In this document: one piece after another, positions 10,990-20,779 of the stretch
Position numbering within the stretch: the first letter of the stretch is position 1
How the letters are laid out: each line of letters starts with the position of its first letter
NCBI GenBank assembly: GCA_051530055.1
Contig: CM121341.1
Span: forward strand, 12,936,784-13,000,783
Direction of reading: 5' to 3'
From: Neoechinorhynchus agilis
Taxonomy: Eukaryota; Animalia; Acanthocephala
DNA length: 64,000 nt
Position numbers and translations under genes: made by a program
The notes under the pieces: generated by a model
Seen by the model: the letters and a program-made list of their open reading frames with translations, nothing else
Databases searched by the model: none
What the model was told of the DNA's origin: nothing

Positions 10990-11661
10990 TTTCGAATTTA
11001 TTCAAGAAATACGTTTTGTATTGAGATCCTGTGAATGCATTTAATTTTCAGCGATCGATTTAACCAGAAAACATATTTTTTATACTTCTCATCACCTTTA
11101 ACGATATTACTAATCTCGTCAAATTCAGCGTCAGACACAAGCGGGTCTGTAAAATACGACACATCTATGGATGGATCGTCCGCACTTGTTTTCGTTTGTT
11201 GATGATCGCATAAATTAGAATAAAAATTTCGTGGAAAAGCAACTTTCCCTTCCAACCGCTCGGAATCGCGCCTCGGTGATAAATGATTCCAGCGGGTCCT
11301 TGGCCATAGCGTCGAGAGTTTCTCCGTCGCTGTGGCACTCTGATTTGTGCTTTTTACCCATGGTGTGACCATGATTTTTTGACCGGATTCAGTACGTTAC
11401 GAACGTAACCTTTCTATTTCACAATCATCTCCGCGGGTGAACTGCACATCTTCATCATAGCAGAGATAAATCTTTCTCAGCGTTAAATGTTTGAAGATAA
11501 ACTGCTTTTCCAGGAGCAAGGCTGTTTCGCATTGACCGCCCCACAGAAGGTTGAATTTCATGCATCGTACTGGAGGGATTCTGCCGTTCCTCAATTTGTG
11601 TCTCAAAGTTAATCAGGTCACTGATTTTAGTTGGTATCGCAAACCTTAAAAGAATATTCAT
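10990..11661 (-). pseudogene. Broken ORF of unknown family, paralogous to about 200-430 (+)
   Basis: RTRWNHLSPR and GKVAFPRNFYSNLCDH resemble RIRWYHLSTR and GMVFPRNWYCNFYDH near position 270-370. Stops and frameshifts are present. Confidence 0.35.
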
Positions 11662-12526
11662 GCATCGAGACTCCCATCATAGTAATGTGGTCAACGAGAT
11701 GACCAGCGAATGATGTTTGGCCAATGATAATCGCGGAATCATCTACATTGAGAAGACTGAGCTGCCTTTCCTTGAACGTTTGACGGAACACGTTTAGAAC
11801 GAAGTTAATTTGGACGTAAAATCATGGTTGCATTGTACGCTAAGTCGTGACCTAATACATAAAATGATGGCGACACTGGCAACGAGCAAACCAACATCAG
11901 GTGAGTATCCCACAATAAAAACTGTATCCATTAAAATGTTTGTAATGAGGTTATGAATATCATTTCCTTCGATGTCCACAACTCGAAGTACCGAGCCGGT
12001 AAATTTCGACAAAATATTCGCCGGTTTTCTGAGAACAGCGCCCTCGAGCAATGCGGTATCGGCATTGTAAGTGGCTGTAAACTTAGCAAACGCTCAGCAA
12101 CAGTGTCTCCTAATAGCTTCCGAACAATCTAAAGAGCAAAAACCGGTTAAACCAACTCGAATGGTAAGCGATTCCAACCAAGCACATGAAGGTTTAGCGC
12201 AATACATTATTCTAAATGCTGATGCCACCGCTGAGAACCGTACGGTGCAAATCTATCCGAGAACCACTAATCATGAAAATCACGAGGGAGTCATCAGTCT
12301 CGAGATGGTAAATGAACGCCTAGACGCAATCGACGATCCTCAACCCAAAGCCCACAAAACCTCCGATTTGTGTAAAATGCAGAACTTTCATAACTTCATC
12401 GTGGCATCGGTATAAAGGTTCGGTCCACTGCTCTTCAGGCGCTACAGAGGAGGGCGTTCATATTGGCTCAGTAAAATCTCGAAGAAGCCAGGCGGTAGGT
12501 TCGAATTTCCGCATAAGCTACAATAA

Positions 12527-13170
12527 GCTCACATAATGGTAGAGTTTTCGCTTGTCACAGTGGAATTGTTACGCGTCTTATTCCTAGAATCTCTATTTCT
12601 CTATTCCAAGAATCTAAAAGTGTGTCATATTTTTATTGCTGGACCAAAGACAACAACGTGCGCCCATAAACGAAACGATGCTTCGTGTAACTTTTTCCGG
12701 ATCAATCATGACATATCCCCTTCATCTCCTCCAAACTTCTGGGGTCGCCGGATTCGTGTGACTGGTTCCTGAGACTCCGCTCCTGGTATCTTCAAATCAA
12801 CTTTCTCTTCATCTCTGTGGTCCTTAATTGGCGAACTACGATCTTCATCGCGTCCCTGTCCACTGTTCTCAATGGTATTATCAATCTGATTTTCCTCCGT
12901 TTCGGATCGGGCTTGTTTTTCTCTGCATTTCGAAGAATTTTCATGTTTTCTATGTTCTCCCTATCCGCCATCTTCAGTTGTATACGAGACCGGACCACTT
13001 CGATTCTTTATCTCGCCCTTTTCCACGAATCATCCATTCGTCTTCTTCTAAATTAAATCGACTGCCCCTTCTTGAATCCTCTAAACTTTCTTTTGCCGTC
13101 ATCTTCCTTCGAACTCTTCCCCATTACGGGGATTGACTCGCGATATCTGCAATTATCGAAAATCGATGGC
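12527..13170. repeat. About 640-bp direct duplication, copy 1 (copy 2 at 15486-16131)
   Basis: Near-identical sequence from ctcacataatggt to atcgatggca; the ORF track gives near-identical peptides for both copies. Confidence 0.9.
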
Positions 13171-13491
13171 AATTTTGTTTTCATTAAATTAAGGCTATCC
13201 AATTGTTCCTTCGAGTGGATGTGTATTCTCAATAGGGAATTGTAACACACTCGAGTTTTATTGAAATCAACCTTGCGAATTTTCAAGGCCTCAGCCTCCT
13301 TCTCAAGCATTGTTTGCAAATGTTTACGAACAATTTTGTTTTCATTAAATTAAGGCTATCCAATTGTTCCTTCGAGTGGATGTGTATTCTCAATAGGGAA
13401 TTGTAACACACTCGAGTTTTATTGAAATCAACCTTGCGAATTTTCAAGGCCTCAGCCTCCTTCTCAAGCATTGTTTGCAAGTGTTTACGAA
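13170..13491. repeat. Tandem duplication, 2 x 161 bp
   Basis: The unit starting caattttgttttcattaaatt occurs at 13170 and 13331. Confidence 0.92.
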
Positions 13492-14042
13492 TTCATGTGA
13501 GGTAGTGTGGTGTTTAGATACTCTATGGATTGTTCGATTAAAAGTTTCAGCCTGGGTGCCTATGAGATTTCATCACAAAAATGATGCCATCTGCATAACA
13601 AATCATAGATGCATTAAGAGGATAATTTTGTACAATGTATTGAGAAGAAAAAAGGGAATAAAATAGGGGAGAGTTGCGATCCTTGTGGAACACCGTTAAG
13701 AAGGTAATAAAACGTCTTGCCAACATCATCATCGTAATAAAAAGCTTTCGAGAAAAGCATACTATGAATCCTAGCAATTAGGTTATGTGGAACACTGAAA
13801 AGTTCCAATATTTCGACAATGAAACTTAGGAGGATTTTGTCAAAGGTTTGAGACAGGTCTACTGCTAAAAGTGCAAGTAGAGGGTACGCATCGTCGCCAA
13901 AGTTCGAATAAATATCAGCCAACGCAGAGTGAACAGACTTCCCTTTCAAAAAACCATGGCAGTATTTGGATATCCAGTTGTGCTCCAAGGCGAAAAGATT
14001 AAGTTTGTGCGCTAGAGCACGTTCGTAGATGGTGATTTGCAA
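13490..14042 (-). mobile_element. Degenerate LINE reverse transcriptase fragment
   Basis: HGFLKGKS, AVDLSQTFDKI, GVPQGSQLSPILF, then frameshifted YADG (YADD-derived). Confidence 0.85.
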
Positions 14043-14071
14043 GGAGATCGAGCGAAGGTCGTTGGCGACCT

Positions 14072-14700
14072 ATGTATGATCAAACCATCACTCTTTGGGC
14101 GCGCTCCTTTGACAATGATGGAATTAAACGTATCGACCGCTTTACCTATTATGCTGGTTCAATGCGAATTTATGTCACTAATTATGAGTGGTTGGTTCAC
14201 CTGACTGACTTCGCTCAATCCATACTCTTCTTCACCAAAAGTACAATTTCTTGTGCATTTATCTACACTCGCATTTGAGCAATGATGAAAAAGATCTTTT
14301 TGAATAATCATTCCAATGTAAAGTCAAATTTTCCCTCAACTCTAGAATATCTGGTCAACCGATCTCAGCCGCCATGGTAGAAGAATCAAAACATGTCCGA
14401 GATGATTTGTTTACCCCACGCTCTTGTGCTTTCAACTGCTTCTAAATTCATTTCTCTCAAAGGTATAACTGCGAACAAGACGAATTCATCTTTCCTCGTT
14501 GTAATATCTGCCAAATGTGAGACCATTGGTATCGAAATCGCCCTCATCCATCGCTTAAAAGTTGTCGCCGTGCGGACTCGAATCAAGCTTCTGGCAACTG
14601 CCCAAATCTTCGAAATAGACGTTGCGCCAACTGTCAAGGACAGCACACGAATTTTTTCACAGACTGCCCAGAATTCGAAAATACTGGACTTGGTTTATTA
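14072..14700 (+). mobile_element. Degenerate LINE ORF1 (gag-like), inverted paralog of 16440-17510
   Basis: FDNDGIKRIDRFTYYAGSMRIY aligns with FNNDCIKRVEKLTFFAGTMQIY; FPRCNIC and CADCQG knuckle remnants. Confidence 0.75.
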
Positions 14701-15129
14701 AGAGCAGAAGTACTTTTCCTCGTGAATCCTTCACAGGTGTTCATACTTCTGGCGCATTTTCGGCTCCTTCTCGGTCCTCCAACAGTGTCACTACGTTATT
14801 CTACTCCAATTCAAATCAATCAACCAGTCAATTTGTCACTCTTGAACACTTGGAGCATCGCCTGTAACCGTCTCCTTATTTTAATGCAATCTCGCATCAT
14901 AAAAGTTACTTGGAAGGTCATCAATCTTCCCCAATTTCTTCCTCGTGTAGAGGTCTAACCCTATCTAACCAGCCTGCGAGGGCGTTCACATTGACCTCAA
15001 ATAGAAAGATTCCGAATTTGTCAAAGATATCATCAAAGACCAATTCTCCCATATCAACTCTGGTACCAAATCTAAGATCAGGAAAATCTCCAAGCCACTG
15101 TTCGTTTTACAGAATGCCTTGCCTCTAAG

Positions 15130-15445
15130 ACCGAACTGCTGAACACTGAATGTCGTGGTTTCATTTAATTTGATCCCGATGATCCAGAAGATCGCCCATT
15201 CGGAATTACCCAAACAGATATTTTGGAAGATGCGAATCTGCTCATTCGTTCAAAACGGTTTGATTTTAATTTGGATCGATTTGGACCTTACACTCCTCGT
15301 TACACTCGCAATGGGCGCCATCTTCTTCTTGTTGGAAATCTAGGCCACGCCGCTGCTTTCGATTGGCAAACTAAACATCTCCTATTTGAAATGAACACCG
15401 ATGAAGAAATTAGGGATGCAACTTGGCTTCATGATTATTTTTTTT
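15130..15445 (+). pseudogene. WDR46: WDR46/BING4/Utp7 gene fragment with an in-frame stop
   Basis: KRFDFNLDRFGPYTPRYTRNGRHLLLVGNLGHAAAFDWQTKHLLFEMN is the WDR46 N-terminal signature. TAA near 15166; homology ends abruptly at about 15440. Confidence 0.8.
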
Positions 15446-15485
15446 GCATGTGCTCAAACTACGCATTTAGATTTTCTGCCCTAAA

Positions 15486-16131
15486 CTCACATAATGGTAA
15501 AGAGTTTTCGCTTGTCACAGTGGAATTGTTACACGTATTATTCCTAGAATCTCTATTTCTCTATTCCAAGAATCTAAAAGTGTGTCATATTTTTATTGCT
15601 GGACCAAAGACAACAACGTGCGCCCATAAACGAAACGATGCTTCGTGTAACTTTTCCGGATCAATCATGACATATCCCCTTCATCTCCTCCAAACTTCTG
15701 GGGTCGCCGGATTCGTGTGACTGGTTCCTGAGACTCCGCTCCTGGTATCTTCAAATCAACTTTCTCTTCATCTCTGTGGTCCTTAATTGGCGAACTACGA
15801 TCTTCATCGCGTCCCTGTCCACTGTTCTCAATGGTATTATCAATCTGATTTTCCTCCGTTTCGGATCGGGCTTGTTTTTCTCTGCATTTCGAAGAATTTT
15901 CATGTTTTCTATGTTCTCCCTATCCGCCATCTTCAGTTGTATAAGAGACCGGACCACTTCGATTCTTTATCTCGCCCTTTTCCACGAATCATCCATTGGT
16001 CTTCTTCTAAATTAAATCGACTGCCCCTTCTTGAATCCTCTAAACTTTCTTTTGCCGTCATCTTCCTTCGAACTCTTCCCCATTACGGGGATTGACTCGC
16101 GATATCTGCAATTATCGAAAATCGATGGCAT
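15486..16131. repeat. About 640-bp direct duplication, copy 2
   Basis: Near-identical to 12527-13170. Confidence 0.9.
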
Positions 16132-16439
16132 TTGTTTTCTAATCATACCACGAGCGGGCGTCAACTCTGCCGTGTTGTTCGCCGCATCTCTATAGCTAGA
16201 TTGAAAATCCCACAGTTTTTCCTTTCACGTTCCGCGAGTCCGTCCGTTTGCGGGCAAGCCTCATTTCAAGCGCCGTTCCAGTTCCTCAATGGTCACCAAC
16301 TGATTCTTCTTTGACGAAACAGGTATCGAATTCTCTTTTGCGAAAGTCCAGTTTCTGAAGGAAGTTGATGCATGAGACGAAGACGCTGAAGCTAGAGTTG
16401 ACGAAATTGGATGATTGGTCTTTGGGAGCTAGAGAAGTA

Positions 16440-17510
16440 GTTATTGTGATTTATCTATTTTTGAACCAAGCCCAATATTTTTTAAACCCGGTACAACCTT
16501 TAAAGAATGCAGCATGAGGCCCCTGGCAATCGGCACAACGTCTCTTGAGTGGATCGGAGCAACAATCTGAGCTGTGATCGGTGGTTGAGCAGTGGCAATA
16601 CTTTGCTTGCACCTGATGCGTACAGTTTTGGCACCAATGTCCCCATTGCTGGCAGAGATTGCATCGAGGGAACACGTAATCGTCTTGCTCATAGTAGGAC
16701 TTTTGAGAAAAATGAATTGAGAAACAGTTAAAGGCCCGATGTCTGCTTGTGTAGAGTTCGTCTCGATGATGTCTCATTCGTTCAACAGCTGCAATAGGTA
16801 TTGGACATCCTGATTTCCTTGATTTGAGAAAGTATTTTATCATGCATCCCAAGGATGCTTTGAAGAGATCCTTGTCCTCCTGACTCATGTCCGGCTGAAA
16901 ACCATGCGCGAGAAATTGGACTTTCTCAGAAGTTGCAGAGATTGAATAGAATTGAATTGGAAGGTTGGAGTTGACGAATTCGACCAGGTTAGACATCCAT
17001 TCATAACTACTTGCGTAAATCTGCATGGTACCGGCGAAAAATGTTAATTTTTCAACTCTTTTTATGCAATCGTTATTGAACATGTGAGCTCAAGGTGTTA
17101 TAAGGGCATCATACATGGCTTGTTTGGTAATTATAGGGTTCGATTTTATCGTGACCACATATGGCCATCTTTTAAAAGGAAGGGCCGAGTATGGCTCAGA
17201 AATGACACTTGTAGATACATTGGCTTTAGACTGTAGATGGGAGAGCATTTGTTCTCGTTGATCAGGCGGTAATTGAAAGGCTGGAGTAAAAGGTGGCCGT
17301 TGGTTGACCACTCGTATTCTCGGCAGACACCCCATCGTGAGAGTCAGGTGATTCTGTTTCATCCAAATCGATCTCCATGACCTCAACCGGAGGGTCAAAA
17401 GGTCTTGAAATCAATGAAACGTCAACGCCATTTAACGACTGAACGTTGGAATCGTTGATAATTTGTCTCCGAATATCCGGAGGCTGGCCGTGTGCCACCC
17501 TAAGCAGCAA
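16440..17510 (-). mobile_element. LINE ORF1 with three zinc knuckles (Jockey/I/R1-type gag)
   Basis: RCNLCQQWGHWCQNC, CHCSTTDHSSDCC and RCADCQGPHAAFFKGC. Confidence 0.8.
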
Positions 17511-17544
17511 CGCTAGGTTGCGAAAAAGAATTTTATTTTTTTAT

Positions 17545-17800
17545 TTTTTTTTGTTTTTTTGTCACGATAGTCAATGTACATCGCTTCAACGATCACAAGT
17601 ACATATCGATCGTCACTTCGCATCAATACACTTATGTTATCAAAATTAATCTCATGATTCGATGTCGAGTGACTCACGACTGCAGAGCTTTGGTCAGTAT
17701 TCTTGTTGACAACATTTCGATGCTCACCAATCCTGCGTTGTGACTTTTGGGCAGTCTTTACAGGGTATCTTGTAGAAGCACTGTTCCGAGATGGAGTTGG
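17545..17800 (-). mobile_element. Penelope-like GIY-YIG endonuclease remnant ending in an A-rich tract
   Basis: Minus strand reads FYKIPCKDCPK...RIGEHRNVV...SSAVVSHSTSNHEINFDNI...IVEAMYI. Confidence 0.7.
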
Positions 17801-18409
17801 CTAACGTTGTCGGCTCTGCAAAAAGCTATGCATTTTTTGTTTGAAGATTAAACTATTCATGTTTTTTCATATCGCGGAAAAATTAAAATAATTTATTGAT
17901 TACGATATTTCGGCGCAATCACGTTCAAGTGCGGATTTAACACTTTAACAACCTTCATAAAGACACAAGCTTGTGCCGATAAATCGGAATCAGTAAATTC
18001 TTTTAAATTTCCGCCATATAAAATACATGCATTTTTTTGTTGGTCAGTTGCCCGACCTCAGGATTCGGTTTACATCAAATTTCTAGTGATAATTTATTAA
18101 TGGAACTTCTACAAAACCCCGTTCTTTGGGTCCGTGTCGTTTCCGAGCTAACTTGCTAATCGGATTACCTCTCCTTACCAGCATGTCATCTCTCTCGGGT
18201 GTCGATTAACAGCCAAAATAATAAAGTTTTTTATTTAGAATGCAAAATATTGTGGTAGTTGAAGCTAGGATCGCCTTCCTTGTACACTGTTTTCTTCGAC
18301 GATCCGGAGCATTTGTGCCTCTGAGCTGATCAGTTTTTAAGAATCCTAAGAGATACACTTTCACAAGCTAAGCAAACCTTAAAGTAAATTTACATGTTTA
18401 TTTAAAGCT

Positions 18410-19033
18410 TTATTTGCGCAATTCGCTAAGACCAGTAAGACCCAATACGAAGGTTAGTCCAATGAGAGCTATCGCAGCTATAATAAATCCAATAACCGCC
18501 GCTACAAATCCTGAACCGTATGCACATCTGCGCGCCATCAAAAATCTTGACCGATTGACTGCATTTGTAAAATAGGCAAAACTAACAACTAGGAAAATCA
18601 ATGTAAGAAGGGCGATGACGGCTGCAATGAGACTCATTTTCCTTGCGATGGTGATCCTCCTTGATTTCCAGACAATGATGGTAAGGATGGTGGTTATGAT
18701 TAGAAGCATGAATAATATAAACCAGAAACCCCAAAGTGCCTGTGAAGTTCTTGCATCTCGATTGAGTGTTGAATGATGGGCACATTGGTGGTCTTCAACG
18801 ATCACAGTTGCAGTGCCAACATTTTCGACGAATAGATCAGTAAGGCAATGTCTGAATAGGCCAATACTTCGGGCATTAACGCTGCAGTTGCCAGACAGAG
18901 AACTTCTAAAATAAGATGCACTGACCGTCCCTCCAATGTAAATAATTGATCCTATAATAACAGCCGCCAATAAAGCGGCCATCAGAACCCATTGTGACGG
19001 TGTTCTACTCTTTTTTTTGTTCATAACGTTCAT
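18410..19033 (-). CDS. Claudin/PMP22/EMP-family tetraspan membrane protein, intronless
   Basis: Four hydrophobic segments, the IGLFRHC (GLW..C-like) motif with paired Cys in loop 1, and YGSGF before TM4. Confidence 0.8.
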   Translation of the reverse strand: MNVMNKKKSRTPSQWVLMAALLAAVIIGSIIYIGGTVSASYFRSSLSGNCSVNARSIGLFRHCLTDLFVENVGTATVIVEDHQCAHHSTLNRDARTSQALWGFWFILFMLLIITTILTIIVWKSRRITIARKMSLIAAVIALLTLIFLVVSFAYFTNAVNRSRFLMARRCAYGSGFVAAVIGFIIAAIALIGLTFVLGLTGLSELRK

Positions 19034-20367
19034 GAATGCTTAGACAGAATGGAAAAGGCGGTCGGGAACATATCCGGCTTTAACATGTTTGATACACGAA
19101 AACAATGACTAATCGTGGAATGATGTAAGAGATGTATAGAAGCGCCCTGTTCACTTACTCGTTAACAAGTGTTAAATGCTATGGCTCATATGCGACTTAA
19201 GAAATTGGACCTCAAGTCTCGTCCTCATGAACTTACTCCCTTCAATAATGAAATTAACTCAATCAATAAGTTTGTACGTTCTCTGAGAATGGTTCCGTCG
19301 TGATAAAGAAGCGAACACACTTTGATTTACAATACCTCATCTTTACAAACTAAAAGATTTTCATTCATGACTGTGGATCTCGATAATTTAACCTAAACTT
19401 TAATTCGCTCTGCTATGCATTCAGTATTCAATCATCTATTTATAAAACCTTACTATCATCACGCAAATTCTTGCGCGCTCTTTTCGATAAAGTGCTTTAC
19501 GCTACCGTACCGCTTTCTATTGGTCAAATTGTTCGGGAGCATTTTTCGTGTTTTTGTTATTGAATTCGATAATGAATTCTATCCCTTTCTATGGTTTTTT
19601 AACTTAGCGTCCATAAATTTGTTTTGCATACATTTTTGCAATTTCGACCACTCAATGCTCCTATAGGAACGGCCAAACATCTTTATTCTCCATTGCCTTA
19701 AAAATGCATTTAGCATTTCCTTTCTCAATCGCACAGCTTACTATCTGATAAAAATAGTTGGCTGCATGGGGGTGTTATTGCGACTAACAATTTTCCAGCC
19801 TTGGATAAATATTCTGCGGTCCATAACCGACGGTACAAATTGTCTCGATGGCGAGAGGTTGGAAAATCTTAAAACGCCGAAATTTCCGTTTCTGTATCCA
19901 CTTTGAGAGAAAAGTGTGCCACTAAAATTTCCAAAAACTGAAAAACAAAATAATACTTAAACTAAGTGGTAAATTTCTTTGATTTAAAGAATTGTATATT
20001 ATTGCTCACTATGCCCTTATTGTAAATCGGGATTCGTGAAGTTTCTGGCATTCTATCATTGGGCAAAGTTGGTATTTTGGTGCTGACGACCAATTTAATT
20101 TTGCAATTGCCATCTTTCCTTGTTCTTGTCCCCCGTTATGCGTACAACAATACTCATAATGGGTTGAGGATTGCGAAATCGTTACAAACAATTGAATTTA
20201 CGATGACCGATTCAATCGGTCGAAATATATTCGTCTTTAACGATTTCCCACGGGTGTCGACAAGCGACCTAAACAATAAAATACTCATAATAATTGTTGA
20301 ATAATAAACCGATTAATATGCTCAGTTAAATTTCACAACAATTTGTTTATGAATAATCCAAGCTCTC

Positions 20368-20439
20368 GGTCCCGTGGTGTAGTGGTTAGCACTTTGGACT
20401 TTGAATCCAGCGACCCGAGTTCGACTCTCGGCGGGACCT
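20368..20439 (+). tRNA. tRNA-Gln (anticodon TTG)
   Basis: 72-nt cloverleaf: acceptor GGTCCCG/CGGGACC, anticodon loop CTTTGAA, T arm CCGAG TTCGACT CTCGG. Confidence 0.95.
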
Positions 20440-20608
20440 CCGGCGCAAATTCCTGCCGTCCTAGAAAACCAGCAGGCACGAATAAAAAATTGAGTCCCGC
20501 AATCAAATGCAAAGAAATAAAATTTATGCCTCTTTGAAGTCCGACCAGCCCGATAATTTTTCCCCTGGGCACACAGCCCACTTGGGCTCCGTGAAAAGTA
20601 TTTTGTGT

Positions 20609-20705
20609 TTGTTTATGGCGTAAAAATTAAAAGAATTTATTAATTCCGATATTTCGGCACAATCTTGTGCGTTTAACAAGATTTTAATTTTTACGCCATA
20701 AACAA
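20609..20705. repeat. Palindrome with perfect 24-bp arms enclosing two small hairpins
   Basis: Arms are ttgtttatggcgtaaaaattaaaa / ttttaatttttacgccataaacaa. Inner hairpins are CCGA-tatt-TCGG and GCACAA-tc-TTGTGC. Confidence 0.85.
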
Positions 20706-20779
20706 GCAAAATACAATGTAGCGAATTTATTACTGAGGAAACCTGTATAATTTTTGAAATTGATTCATTGTTTTTTGTA

